Source: a virus | Reading direction: 5' to 3' (one strand) | IMG/VR virus record: IMGVR_UViG_3300046791_000298 | Location: 12,830-76,829 of that record | Length of the DNA stretch: 64,000 bases | Shown: one piece after another, positions 16,178 to 26,503 of the stretch | How positions within the stretch are numbered: position 1 is the stretch's first letter | Layout of the letters: each line of letters starts with the position of its first letter | Position numbers and translations under genes: made by a program | Notes under the pieces: model-generated | Told to the model about the DNA's origin: nothing | Databases searched by the model: none | The model's input: the letters and a program-made list of their open reading frames with translations, nothing else

Positions 16178-17830
16178 ATGAACAAACTCATAATTCCTAA
16201 GCACGAGTATTTTAAAAAACTGCAAATTGGTCTGAATAAAATTGCAGATGCCGTCAAATCAACTCTCGGCCCCCAAGGACAGAATGTAATGATCCAGCAC
16301 GCTGACGATAGCGTCACAGTCACAAAAGACGGTGTTACAGTCGCAAGCATTGTAAATTTTAAAGATCGCCTGGAAAATATTGGTGCTAGGCTGATCAAAG
16401 ATGTGGCACAAAAAACCGTTGACTCTTCAGGGGATGGGACAACAACAGCAACCGTCCTAGCCCAGGCAATCATCAATGAAGGATTTAAAAACATTGCTGC
16501 AGGCGCAAACCCGATGGAGTTGAAGAAAGGTATTGATCTGGCCGTAGGTCACGTAGTTCGCTGGTTAAAAGCAGAAAGCCAGCCTATTAAAACAAATGAT
16601 CAACTCAAAAGCATTGCTACGATTGCAGCTAACAACAATGAAGAGATTGGAAAATTGATAGCTCAGGCATTCGAGAAAGTTGGTAGTGATGGTATTGTGA
16701 CGATTGAAGACGGCAAGACCGCAGACACCGAGGTTAGATTTCTGGAGGGCATGCAGTTTGAACGCGGATGGCAAACGCCACATTTTGTGACTGATAATGG
16801 TAAAATGGAAGCGGTTTTGGAGAATCCATTTATTCTGATCCACGACAAGAAAATTACAAACATCAAAGAACTCATGCCTGTGATGGAGGCTGTACATGCG
16901 GCCAAAGGTTCTATTTTATTAATCTCTGATGATCTTGAGGGGGAGGCGTTCGCTACGATGGTGATGAATAAATTACAACACGGACTTAAAATATGTCCAG
17001 TCCGTGCTCCGCTGTTCGGAGAATGGAGAAATGCCATTCTGGAGGATTTAGCCATTGTCACAGGAGGCACCGTGGTAAGCGAGATTTTAGGCATGCGGCT
17101 CGATACAATTGATGAGAAAGTGCTTGGGAGGGCTGAAAAGGTAGTTATTAGCCGTGAGAAGACCGTAATCTTCAAAGGAGCAGGCAAAGAGGAGGCTGTC
17201 CAGGCGCGAATAGAGGCGATAAGAGCCCAGATTCCTCAAGCAGTCTCGGAGGTTCAAAAGAACCAGCTGCGTGCAAGGCTGGCCAAGCTAACTGGGGGCA
17301 TTGCCATAATTTCAGTTGGAGCCGCGACTGAGATGGAGATGGGCGAAAAGAAGGATCGAATTGATGATGCTCTGCAGGCCACACGGGCGGCTAAGGAAGA
17401 AGGTATCCTGCCAGGCGGAGGTGTCTCGTATTTGAGAGCTAGTGAAGAACTAAATGATGGTTGGGAGAAATTGAGCAGAGATGAAAAGACTGGAATAGAA
17501 ATTGTAAAAAAGGCTTTACGTACCCCCATTGAAACTATACTTGAGAATGCTGGAGAATCAAAGGATGTAATAATTAATCAGATTAGAACACGCGATGCTC
17601 ACGGACCTGAATTGGATTACGGCTACAACGCTAAAACCAGACAGTTCGAGCACTTTATGGAAACTGGCATTATTGACCCGACTAAAGTTGCTCGGCTATG
17701 CTTGGAGAACGCAGCCAGTGTTGCAGGGATGCTATTGACATCAAGGACCATTATTTACAACGATATCATGCAAGCACCCCAGGAGCAAATTCGGCCGGAT
17801 GGTCGTAGCTTTGAGGAACTAGCCAATTAA
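16178..17830 (+). CDS. groEL: phage-encoded chaperonin GroEL
   Basis: STLGPQG, TKDGVTVA, GDGTTTATVLA, GMQFERG, EEGILPGGG, GIIDPTKV; lacks the C-terminal GGM tail. Confidence 0.97.
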   Translation: MNKLIIPKHEYFKKLQIGLNKIADAVKSTLGPQGQNVMIQHADDSVTVTKDGVTVASIVNFKDRLENIGARLIKDVAQKTVDSSGDGTTTATVLAQAIINEGFKNIAAGANPMELKKGIDLAVGHVVRWLKAESQPIKTNDQLKSIATIAANNNEEIGKLIAQAFEKVGSDGIVTIEDGKTADTEVRFLEGMQFERGWQTPHFVTDNGKMEAVLENPFILIHDKKITNIKELMPVMEAVHAAKGSILLISDDLEGEAFATMVMNKLQHGLKICPVRAPLFGEWRNAILEDLAIVTGGTVVSEILGMRLDTIDEKVLGRAEKVVISREKTVIFKGAGKEEAVQARIEAIRAQIPQAVSEVQKNQLRARLAKLTGGIAIISVGAATEMEMGEKKDRIDDALQATRAAKEEGILPGGGVSYLRASEELNDGWEKLSRDEKTGIEIVKKALRTPIETILENAGESKDVIINQIRTRDAHGPELDYGYNAKTRQFEHFMETGIIDPTKVARLCLENAASVAGMLLTSRTIIYNDIMQAPQEQIRPDGRSFEELAN

Positions 17831-17836
17831 AACTTT

Positions 17837-18019
17837 ATGGGAGAATTATTGAAGTATATCAAGAATAATCCAGCATACGCAGTCGTGATGGTTGGATTGA
17901 TCGTATTATTCCTGTACGTCTTATACGAAGAGGTTCAACCTCTGATTTATCTATTAGGCGCAACCATTCTTGTTGGTATCTGCTTTACAATTTTAAACAT
18001 CAAAGGGAAATGGCACTGA
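17837..18019 (+). CDS. small 2-TM membrane protein
   Basis: Two hydrophobic segments. Confidence 0.6.
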   Translation: MGELLKYIKNNPAYAVVMVGLIVLFLYVLYEEVQPLIYLLGATILVGICFTILNIKGKWH

Positions 18020-18417
18020 AATTAATTTTTGTCATTCTTGCGGCCGCTTGCTGGGGAGTGATGTCGAAATATTTATTCCACGGAATTGCTGTACGTCCAT
18101 ATAGTTTTTGGGGCAAAGAGTCCTGGAGGAGAAAATATAAAAGATACATCAATGTGGAACACATGAAAACGTATACATTGATTAATGCTCCAGATACTCC
18201 ATATTATCGATTTTTCAAACTCAAATATAAGGAAGCATTTCCGTGGAGTGCAACGTTACTAGTATTTGTAACTGATGGATTCCATCTTACTCAATGGTTC
18301 ATGATCAAATTCGTGATAGCGGCAATCACGCTCGATTGGAGATGGTATTTAGTTTACTGGATTACCTGGACTGTAGGATTTACAATCACTTATACATGGC
18401 TGAAATGGAGAGAATAA
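18010..18417 (+). CDS. membrane protein
   Basis: SWRRKYK...VFVTDGFHL; several hydrophobic segments. Confidence 0.65.
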   Translation: MALKLIFVILAAACWGVMSKYLFHGIAVRPYSFWGKESWRRKYKRYINVEHMKTYTLINAPDTPYYRFFKLKYKEAFPWSATLLVFVTDGFHLTQWFMIKFVIAAITLDWRWYLVYWITWTVGFTITYTWLKWRE

Positions 18418-18418
18418 A

Positions 18419-18805
18419 TTAGCCAGCTGGTGGGTTTTCTTTCTTATCTTCTTCCGAGTCAGTTCCTTTTTTCCAATGCTTAACACCATCGATGGCTCCT
18501 CTAATTCCGAGTGCAGCAAGCAGAATGGTATCGATAATGAACATCACTTTCTCATCTATTTGCCACTTTAGAAAAAATGCGCTGATAAGTACTCCAGGAA
18601 GAAGATACAGAAAAGCATAACCTATGGCCTCCGGCAGTTCCCAATTTTCATTATCACCCTTAAAGCCTCGCCTTATTTCTTTGTCTTCACGAAAGAGAAT
18701 GAAATAAATCAACAACATCATAATCAACCACGCAAGGAACCGTTCCCACGATTCGTTATCGTGAGACGTCAGAAAATCCATAATGCTATCGATTAATTTT
18801 TTCAT
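18419..18805 (-). CDS. putative holin
   Basis: Three TM segments, charged C-terminus, directly downstream of endolysin. Confidence 0.55.
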   Translation of the reverse strand: MKKLIDSIMDFLTSHDNESWERFLAWLIMMLLIYFILFREDKEIRRGFKGDNENWELPEAIGYAFLYLLPGVLISAFFLKWQIDEKVMFIIDTILLAALGIRGAIDGVKHWKKGTDSEEDKKENPPAG

Positions 18806-19470
18806 GCATTCAAGACGCTGAACATCTTATTTTTAGTAGCACGATCGTAAATGCCGGTTTGTGGTATTCCTTGATTACGTTGGAATTCAACAAGAGCCGC
18901 CCGGGTCTTCTCACCAAAGATTCCATCCGCATTTCCAATATCAAAATTCAACTCCTTCAAAATAAATTGGAGTTTCTTTACATTCTCTCCTTTGGATCCT
19001 ACGCGTAATTCCATCTCAGGGAGCTCAGTTGTTTCTACCGCAACGCTGGCTCTACGGAAGGAAGTAATTTTATCGACACCATATTTTGCAATACTCACAG
19101 CATTACCCTGGTTGCCTCCAATACAGAATACGTGCGTTTTGGTGTGATTGTATCCAATAAAAAATGATACGTGTCCTTTCCCACTTTCAAGCCCATCACG
19201 CTGAAAGACTACGATATCTCCAGGTTCAGGATCATCGGTAGCCATTCCATACAATTCGAAATCTCTGGCTCTGGCACTACTTGAGAATCCATATTTTGCT
19301 TCACGCAATACCCAGTTTGCGAATATCCCGCACCATGGAGTCTCATCATCATTAATCCAATTCGCTCCAATGTCGTGAGCATACTGTACGATTGCCTTAT
19401 TATTCTCATCACCAGCAATTTCTTTTATACCGAGTTGACTTGCTGCAATTTTTACGATTGTTGAATTCAT
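18802..19470 (-). CDS. endolysin: TIGR02594/NlpC-P60-like peptidase + peptidoglycan-binding domain
   Basis: DDETPWC, GHVSF, GGNQ; C-terminal LRVGSKGENVKKLQ...DGIFG.KT...FQ. Confidence 0.9.
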   Translation of the reverse strand: MNSTIVKIAASQLGIKEIAGDENNKAIVQYAHDIGANWINDDETPWCGIFANWVLREAKYGFSSSARARDFELYGMATDDPEPGDIVVFQRDGLESGKGHVSFFIGYNHTKTHVFCIGGNQGNAVSIAKYGVDKITSFRRASVAVETTELPEMELRVGSKGENVKKLQFILKELNFDIGNADGIFGEKTRAALVEFQRNQGIPQTGIYDRATKNKMFSVLNA

Positions 19471-19474
19471 GATT

Positions 19475-19717
19475 TTAGTGGTTCAGTGCTTGGATAAGTA
19501 AGACTATACCTTCAAGGGTAACTAATCCTCCTAATCCGTAAATGATTTTTTCTAAACGATCAACCTTGGTATCCATGACGGCTATTCTGTTGGAGGTGTG
19601 CTGGGCATGATCTGTTCTCATTTCATCGAGTTTTATATCCATACCGTCCACCTTCGAAGTTAGGGCTTTCAAAGATGTAGTAAGCTCTACTAACTTCTCA
19701 ATTGTGACCCGATCCAT
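19475..19717 (-). CDS. coiled-coil + C-terminal TM protein (XhlA/holin-like)
   Basis: Architecture and position upstream of endolysin. Confidence 0.5.
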   Translation of the reverse strand: MDRVTIEKLVELTTSLKALTSKVDGMDIKLDEMRTDHAQHTSNRIAVMDTKVDRLEKIIYGLGGLVTLEGIVLLIQALNH

Positions 19718-20262
19718 TACTTATGAACTGTGAATTCAAGTGTCCCTCCTCCAGCCTGATTGTAGGTAACAGGCGCTCCTCCGTTAACAAATCTTTTCCC
19801 TGGGCCAAGAGTGGCCTCCTGAACAAGAGCGGATGTGGTAGCGTGGACATTCTCAATAACAATTTTCTTTAAATCCTGGCGAGCGCAAACAAGAACAATT
19901 GAGGCATTGATATCCACAGAAAACGCTTGCTTTAATTTGATCAGGGTTCCTTCAATTGATTCAATCTCCCGGACCTCATGGCTTCCGCCTGCACCGCCAT
20001 TGTACAGCCAATCACTTACTTTTATGGTTGTTGGGAAATCTGCACTTCCGCGAACGTCAACTCCATGTGTGGATAAAGTTAACCCCTCGACTTCTCTAGC
20101 GAAAGGAATTGTACCTGCGGCAGGGAAGGTCTGGCCAGAGCCTCCACTCCCGTCACCTTTCCGTATCGATCCGTCACCCATCGGGAAATTGTAAGCGCCA
20201 CCCGCTTTCGCCCTGTAGGTTCCCCGTTCATCATGAAAAATCGTTTCGTTGAGCAATGTCAT
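19717..20262 (-). CDS. putative virion protein
   Basis: Gly-rich beta protein in the late module. Confidence 0.5.
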   Translation of the reverse strand: MTLLNETIFHDERGTYRAKAGGAYNFPMGDGSIRKGDGSGGSGQTFPAAGTIPFAREVEGLTLSTHGVDVRGSADFPTTIKVSDWLYNGGAGGSHEVREIESIEGTLIKLKQAFSVDINASIVLVCARQDLKKIVIENVHATTSALVQEATLGPGKRFVNGGAPVTYNQAGGGTLEFTVHK

Positions 20263-20292
20263 GGCTGTAGTATTTTAGGCTTAAATTTATAC

Positions 20293-23200
20293 TCAAAATA
20301 ATTCGTAGCCAAACAGGGTATCACGAGCCTCTTTCCTGGCATCGCCTTTAATTCTCCTGATCTCATCCCTAACTTCTTCCTTATCCTTTATCTGGCTCAG
20401 ATTGTAATATTCCAGAAGTAATTTCTGCTTAGTCAGTTTACCCGCGAGTAAAGAGAATTCATCGTACTCCTCGTCAGTTAATCCTTTCCCATTCGGCTTT
20501 AATGTCCCGCGGCCAGGTCTTCCTATCCATGCTCCATTATCAGCTATAAGAGTCCAAAGATTATCCTTTTGCTCGTTGGCTTTGCTCGGCTTTAATGGAA
20601 TGAATCGTTCTATTTGATTAGGTACAACTGGGTCGCCAAGCGCATCATAAATATTACCGAGACGGTCACGTAAAATCGGCAAATCGCGTATGATCTGATC
20701 TCCAAACTCATTAGCCCTTTTAACCGGCAAATCCATTACTTCTTGAACAGACCTACTAACCTGGGTGAAGGCGTTAGGCACCACAAATGATTTTACGGTT
20801 GATTCGGTGCGCTTGGTTGCCTTCTTAAAAAAACTGTCAGCGGATGAAGCAGTGTCTTTGCTGAACGTGTCGAAAAAAGCACTTAGCGATTGTAGAAAGC
20901 TCAGGTCCATAATATACTTCATGGTACCGAACATGACTATACTCACTTTCGCCTCGATATCCTTCTGTCCTCTGTACTTCCCTAGATCACGCAAATACCC
21001 TAGAGTGGCCATGGGAATAGCTATAGGGGTATTTTTGTACTCATACCATGTCCCATTAATTTTAATGCTATATGGTCGCCATCCAGTTTCCTGGAGTTCA
21101 TAATTTTTAAATATGTCTCCGGTCCCGTCAGCTGTAATTTCAAATGGACCATCATCATCATCCGATAATGCATACAAGGCAGTGAACCCGATGATTCCAG
21201 TCATCGCCCTGGTTAATACTTTTTGCCGTTCTTCCGGGGTATATTCACGGTGAAGATTTTCTCCAAGAGTTTCAAATCCTATTCCCCCCTTAGCGGCCCG
21301 GAGTAATCCAACAGGAGTCCAGTCCAGATACCGGTTAGCTACGTTTGAAATAATCCTAGTGAATGGAATTATAAATTTGATAGGCTTTAATCCTCCGATG
21401 TTCACTTTCTCAGAGGCTAGATTTACAAGCGATGTTAACGCGCCAAGCGTTCCTTCCGGATCATAGTTGAATGTACCACGAGCCGCGGCATCATTGCTGT
21501 CTCTGATCAAAAACTCAGGACGTTGCTGTTCAAGTATCTCGTAAGCCCTCCGCTTCAAATCCCTGCCGGTCCAGCCCTCCATTTTAGCATCTTCCAGCGC
21601 ATCTACCCATGGCTTTTCGCCTTTGTAGATCATCTGCTTTGCCGTCTTAATTGCGGACTGACCAGCCTTATATTGACCGTCTTTCTTCGCGGTCTTTACA
21701 GCAAGTTCACGAGAACGCATTTCATTAAGGCCCTGGTAAAAGAAGATATCGGCCGCATTCATCAAACGCGATACGTGCTTGAGATAATTATACGGATTCC
21801 ATGGTCCACCTTTAAAAGTTACACGCTCAAGTATGGGACTTGAGGAAATTTTCTGCTCAAATTTTGTGGGTTGATGGCCATGCTGCATTGTATCCATTGC
21901 CTCCAGGAACCCCCGGCCCCAACCACTGAAAAGTCCTTTGAATATCCAGCCGAACTCTTTGGGGCTTGTTACTGCAGTTAGATATGCTTCTCCCATTGTT
22001 TCAGTAAAGTTGGCACTGATGTTTAGAACCTGGGTGCTGATCCCTGACAGGATGTTTGCATACCAGATAGCCATTCCAACATCAAGAGGGCTATACCCGT
22101 CAATCTTTGAAACATAATTTAACAGATTCTCTGTTGCTCTACCTTTCGCAAATCCCTCTTGGGCTTTCTGGACCCGAGAAGCCAGTTCAGTTATTTTTTT
22201 TGCCTCCTCAGCACTCATTGACTTAACTCCTATCTTTTCACTGATAGCATCGCGATACTGCTCATCGGAGAGAGCCCCAACATTAGAAGCATCCGTGATT
22301 GTTTTGATCAGATCATTCTTTGCGCCTCTCTCGGCTGATTTCTTCTCACGTGGTAAATATTTTCTTAGTGCTTTTTCTTTAGCCGCACTAGTAAGTCGAT
22401 CGAATTCTTTTTCCAAATCTTTTGCCACAACCTCAGCCTGAGCAGGATCCAAATTGGCGTCCTTAACTAACTTATCAACTAGTGTGCGTTTCTTTTCATC
22501 AACAACAGTGTAATGCTCACGGATGATATTATCAATTTTATCATTCTGAGAACGTAACTCTTCTTTGATAGCAAGTTCAGGATCGAGAGATACTCGGTAA
22601 TCTTTTAGTTTGTCAGATAAGAAAGTCTTTGCGCCAGATTCATCAAATTCTTTTGTTTTGACTTTCGCCACTCCTTTATTGATTGCCTGGCTGATTGTGA
22701 GACCGGCCTCTAACCCTTTTTGAACAACAGTAATCAGCGTGTTCCAGGCTTCTGCGGTAATCCCGTATGTTACATCCAGGACCTTGCCCTTTGTATCAAT
22801 CTTTAAAGTTTCAAGGAAATCAATGGCTTGTTTAACACGACCCTTTTTAACCTCAGATGAAATACGACTTCTTACTTTTGGATCATTAAGGACTTTATCA
22901 AGCGCAGATTTATTGATTGAATCAATTGCATCCCTCGATTGCTTTCGTTTACCCGCTGTCTTCCGGCTATAATCTGCTTTGGCCTTTGTAATCTCCTTGC
23001 TGACATAACGAAGCGTCCCCTCTGGAGTAAGCAATTCAAATACTTTTCCAGCGTTCACAGCCCGGCCAAGATCAGTAAACCATTTAGAAAGATTGTCCGC
23101 AACCTTAACAGCATTATCGAAATCCTGGGTTTGGTTGAAATGGCGGATAAGATTCTGACCAAGTACAGCACGCGTGTCTTCCGGGATTTCATTGGAACGA

Positions 23201-23607
23201 TCAAGGAAGTCAGCCATTGCCTGTTCGGGCCCTTTTGTTTCAATGATTGCTTTTGCCTCTTCGTCCGTTATCCTGATTCCTTTTGGGATATATGATTTTG
23301 CGTCCTCAGATAATCCTGAACGAACCTCCTTAGACAGTTCTCTGTCTTTTAGTATCTGTTGGGTAAATTTTCTTTTCTTTTTGGATGGCTCCGTAGTTTT
23401 ATTTAGGGGTGCCCCAGCGGTCTTATAAATTTCATTTAATGCATTGTCAACTTCTGAGAGGGCACCATTAGCGGCATCGAGTAAGGCCGTTTTTTGTTCC
23501 GGTGTTAAATCATCAGCGGTTGCCACCGACTCATCAAGCCCAGCCTTTTTAGCAAGAGTAACTCTATCGTCATGCCTTAATCCTGATGATCTTAAACAAT
23601 TCCGCAT
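20293..23607 (-). CDS. large internal virion/ejection (polyvalent-type) protein
   Basis: 1104 aa, helical, with IIPF.R...N and hydrophobic C-terminal half typical of phage ejection proteins. Confidence 0.6.
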   Translation of the reverse strand: MRNCLRSSGLRHDDRVTLAKKAGLDESVATADDLTPEQKTALLDAANGALSEVDNALNEIYKTAGAPLNKTTEPSKKKRKFTQQILKDRELSKEVRSGLSEDAKSYIPKGIRITDEEAKAIIETKGPEQAMADFLDRSNEIPEDTRAVLGQNLIRHFNQTQDFDNAVKVADNLSKWFTDLGRAVNAGKVFELLTPEGTLRYVSKEITKAKADYSRKTAGKRKQSRDAIDSINKSALDKVLNDPKVRSRISSEVKKGRVKQAIDFLETLKIDTKGKVLDVTYGITAEAWNTLITVVQKGLEAGLTISQAINKGVAKVKTKEFDESGAKTFLSDKLKDYRVSLDPELAIKEELRSQNDKIDNIIREHYTVVDEKKRTLVDKLVKDANLDPAQAEVVAKDLEKEFDRLTSAAKEKALRKYLPREKKSAERGAKNDLIKTITDASNVGALSDEQYRDAISEKIGVKSMSAEEAKKITELASRVQKAQEGFAKGRATENLLNYVSKIDGYSPLDVGMAIWYANILSGISTQVLNISANFTETMGEAYLTAVTSPKEFGWIFKGLFSGWGRGFLEAMDTMQHGHQPTKFEQKISSSPILERVTFKGGPWNPYNYLKHVSRLMNAADIFFYQGLNEMRSRELAVKTAKKDGQYKAGQSAIKTAKQMIYKGEKPWVDALEDAKMEGWTGRDLKRRAYEILEQQRPEFLIRDSNDAAARGTFNYDPEGTLGALTSLVNLASEKVNIGGLKPIKFIIPFTRIISNVANRYLDWTPVGLLRAAKGGIGFETLGENLHREYTPEERQKVLTRAMTGIIGFTALYALSDDDDGPFEITADGTGDIFKNYELQETGWRPYSIKINGTWYEYKNTPIAIPMATLGYLRDLGKYRGQKDIEAKVSIVMFGTMKYIMDLSFLQSLSAFFDTFSKDTASSADSFFKKATKRTESTVKSFVVPNAFTQVSRSVQEVMDLPVKRANEFGDQIIRDLPILRDRLGNIYDALGDPVVPNQIERFIPLKPSKANEQKDNLWTLIADNGAWIGRPGRGTLKPNGKGLTDEEYDEFSLLAGKLTKQKLLLEYYNLSQIKDKEEVRDEIRRIKGDARKEARDTLFGYELF

Positions 23608-23825
23608 ATAAAGGCTTTAATGGCCACTAAGATACTTTCTTCATCCTCCTCTTCAAAGTCTGCATGCTCGATCTTCTTACCGCCACCGGTTTTAAAGAAG
23701 GTAGAGCGTTGTGGTAATCCTCCGTCATCGTCCGGTACCGATGAGAATAAGTACCCGTCTAAAACAAATAATAGTGGTGATGAGTGATTAGAGAAATACC
23801 CATCGAAGATAAAGGTTAGTTCCAC
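23592..23825 (-). CDS. hypothetical protein
   Basis: GGG...EEEDEESILVAI C-terminus. Confidence 0.55.
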   Translation of the reverse strand: MELTFIFDGYFSNHSSPLLFVLDGYLFSSVPDDDGGLPQRSTFFKTGGGKKIEHADFEEEDEESILVAIKAFICGIV

Positions 23826-23828
23826 ATC

Positions 23829-24227
23829 TTATACTCTTTGAACAGTTGTTGCTGGGCCGCCATAGCCAGAAATATCGAGTTCAATATCCCCAGCTTCTCT
23901 AGTAGTTGATGTTGCGCTCATAGGAGCATCCGCATTAAGGCCAGCAATTTTATGGAGTTCATCGAGTTTGGTGAGATTACCGGTTTGTAATATATTATCT
24001 ATGAATTGCACTTCACTGGACCCCTTGATCGTTGCAGTATTAGTCTCAATTATTAAAACGTAAATGCCATCTGCGATAGAAACAGGGGCATCTCCGTAGT
24101 AGTGACCAGTTCGGTTTGAATTCTCCGTCATGGTTATATTGGAGCCTATTTGTGTATTCCCCTGCCAAAGTTTTGCCACAAGGGTTAGCCCTGTTTCAGC
24201 AATGACAATATTGATTTCATTGGCCAT
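23829..24227 (-). CDS. putative virion protein
   Basis: Start MANEIN at 24227, preceded by TATTTTTG -7 box (24234-41, minus strand). Confidence 0.6.
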   Translation of the reverse strand: MANEINIVIAETGLTLVAKLWQGNTQIGSNITMTENSNRTGHYYGDAPVSIADGIYVLIIETNTATIKGSSEVQFIDNILQTGNLTKLDELHKIAGLNADAPMSATSTTREAGDIELDISGYGGPATTVQRV

Positions 24228-24293
24228 TGAGAACAAAAATAGTATAATTTATTCATGTTTGCTCGATACGTATGGAATCCATATATTTATCGC

Positions 24294-24437
24294 ATGAATG
24301 AGACTGTCAGAAAGGAAATACGCCTCCCGATCAAGACCGTTCAGGATCTTGAAAAATTAGCAGCCATCGACCAAAGGAAACTGAAACCATACATGGAGAA
24401 GGTATTGAGAGACCACGCTGAAAAACCAAAAAAGTAA
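24294..24437 (+). CDS. ribbon-helix-helix regulator
   Basis: VRKEIRLP...LEKLAAIDQRKLKPYMEKVL; first gene of the divergent glycosylation operon. Confidence 0.7.
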   Translation: MNETVRKEIRLPIKTVQDLEKLAAIDQRKLKPYMEKVLRDHAEKPKK

Positions 24438-24440
24438 TTT

Positions 24441-25880
24441 ATGAAGAGAATGTCGTTAGGCGTTTGCGTCATCGCAAAAAATGAGGAAATTCTTATCGCT
24501 AGAATGTTAGAGTCATGCAAATGGGCAGATCAAATCGTGGTATGTGATACTGGGAGTATTGATCGGACAGTTGAAATATTAAATGGATATCCTAACGTAG
24601 AATGTCACAAAGATTACATCTGGGACGATGATTTCGCATCGTGTCAGAACCATGCTAAGGCCAAAATGAAAACTGATTGGATCCTAAGTCTGGATTGTGA
24701 CGAAGTTTTGCTTTCATCTGAAGAAGAAGTTCGTAGTGCAATTGAACTTGGAGAAAAATACATCAGATGCTTCATGATTGCGGAGGGCAGCAGCCGTCTT
24801 GAATTTAATTTCTCCAGGTTATTCCGTAATACTCCAGACATCTATTGGTGCCAACCGATACATAAACATTTGAATTTACCTGGCGAAGGTGAAGCAATTG
24901 GTAACGTTCGTATTATGTTTGGTTATAGCCCAGCACATGCGCTCGATCCTGACAGGGCCTTAAGAATTCTTGAAAGAGTTGTTGCCCAGGAAGGAGATGC
25001 GGCTGGGAGAAATCTATATTACCTCGGTAGAGAGTATTGGTACAAGCAAAGATACAAGGAGTGCACAAAAACATTGGGTTGGTATGTTCAGATTGCTAAT
25101 TGGCCAGCGGAAAAAGCAGAAGCGTTTTTAATAATGGCTCAATGCTACTCAGCACAAGGACTCGATGAGGATGCTCGTGATGCATGCCTGCAGGCGATAA
25201 AAATTAATTCAAATTTCAAAGAAGCTATTGAATGGATGGCGGGGATATCTACACCTGCCAATGCAGCGCAGTGGACTCGCATGTCGCGTACAGCAAATAA
25301 TCAGGATGTGCTGTGGGATAGATCACCAGCCAAGCCGGTTCATGACATTATCTTTTTATCTCCTCATAACGATGATGAAACTCTGTATTGCTCGTATACG
25401 CTTATGCGTTATCATCCCCTAGTGATTGTGATCACAGATTCACACATCCAACCAGAAAGGGGAGACTTAGGATGCACAGCAGAGATCAGAAGAAACGAAA
25501 CAATAAAAGCAATGAACTTACTCGGGTGCCCAGTGTTGTTTATCGGCATTAAAGATACTGAACTTACTGAAGAGAATTTACGAGAACGTTTGAAGTTGTT
25601 AAATCCCGAAATAATTTATGTGCCAGCCATCCAAGGGGGTAATGCACAACATGATCTTGTTGGGAAGGTTGGGCTTGAATTATTTGGCAAGAAGTGTGAG
25701 AGGTACACGACTTACACTAAAACGGATTTATACACTACAAGCAATTGGGAGGTAAAGCCAACACAGACCGAAATGGAATTAAAAAATAAAGCGCTTGATT
25801 GTTACGAATCTCAATTGAATTTAAGATCAACTGCTCCACACTTTCAAGCGGTAAGAAACCGATCAGAATGGCTAGTTTAA
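24441..25880 (+). CDS. GT2 glycosyltransferase - TPR - PIG-L/LmbE deacetylase fusion
   Basis: IAKNEE, DTGSIDRT, LDCDE; TPR YYLGREY; SPHNDDE...IRRNE...AQHD. Confidence 0.88.
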   Translation: MKRMSLGVCVIAKNEEILIARMLESCKWADQIVVCDTGSIDRTVEILNGYPNVECHKDYIWDDDFASCQNHAKAKMKTDWILSLDCDEVLLSSEEEVRSAIELGEKYIRCFMIAEGSSRLEFNFSRLFRNTPDIYWCQPIHKHLNLPGEGEAIGNVRIMFGYSPAHALDPDRALRILERVVAQEGDAAGRNLYYLGREYWYKQRYKECTKTLGWYVQIANWPAEKAEAFLIMAQCYSAQGLDEDARDACLQAIKINSNFKEAIEWMAGISTPANAAQWTRMSRTANNQDVLWDRSPAKPVHDIIFLSPHNDDETLYCSYTLMRYHPLVIVITDSHIQPERGDLGCTAEIRRNETIKAMNLLGCPVLFIGIKDTELTEENLRERLKLLNPEIIYVPAIQGGNAQHDLVGKVGLELFGKKCERYTTYTKTDLYTTSNWEVKPTQTEMELKNKALDCYESQLNLRSTAPHFQAVRNRSEWLV

Positions 25881-26503
25881 CTAAGATAATGATCTGCCCA
25901 TATTTCGGGACTATGCCAGAGTGGATTGAGAAGTTTAAACTCCCAAAAGGGTATGATATTATTTTAGACCTCGACATTGAGGGCTTCAAAAAAAGGGTGA
26001 AGGATAAACTTGGCATTGATTATCCTGGCGTTATTGGATCAGGAAAAGTTTGGGATTATCGCTGTGCACTAGGGTTACTTTATGAAGACGAGATCAAGGA
26101 TTATGACTTCTGGGGCCATGTGGATTTTGATTGCGTTTTTGGAGATGTCGATAAATGGGTGACTGATGAATTTTTGTCAGGGTTGGATGTACATAGTAAT
26201 CATCACAGTTATGTAAATGGGTGTTGGAGTTTATATCGGAATACCCAACAAGTTAATACCCTGTTCCAGCAATATCCGGACTGGAAAGAAAAAATGATTC
26301 ACCCTGAACCTAATGCGTGGGTCGAGAAAGAATTCTCCAGAACATTAGAGAATTCAGGATTACGGTATAAGTATACATTTTGGCAGGGATGGCCGTATAC
26401 ATTAACTCCAAATTTATATAAAGATGCAGAAGGAAGACTATACCAAGATGGAGAAGAAGTGATGATGTATCATTTTAAACGCAGCAAACGCTGGCCATTA
26501 TGA
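25868..26503 (+). CDS. putative glycosyltransferase (DUF6625-like)
   Basis: ICPYFG..P.W, DYR.A.G, YDFWGHVDFDCVFGD. Confidence 0.65.
   Translation: MASLTKIMICPYFGTMPEWIEKFKLPKGYDIILDLDIEGFKKRVKDKLGIDYPGVIGSGKVWDYRCALGLLYEDEIKDYDFWGHVDFDCVFGDVDKWVTDEFLSGLDVHSNHHSYVNGCWSLYRNTQQVNTLFQQYPDWKEKMIHPEPNAWVEKEFSRTLENSGLRYKYTFWQGWPYTLTPNLYKDAEGRLYQDGEEVMMYHFKRSKRWPL

Noticed and set aside
16178-17830. Host chromosomal groESL marking a prophage boundary
   Set aside because: No adjacent groES or housekeeping genes, divergent termini, and phage-like genes on both sides; no integrase or att site seen.
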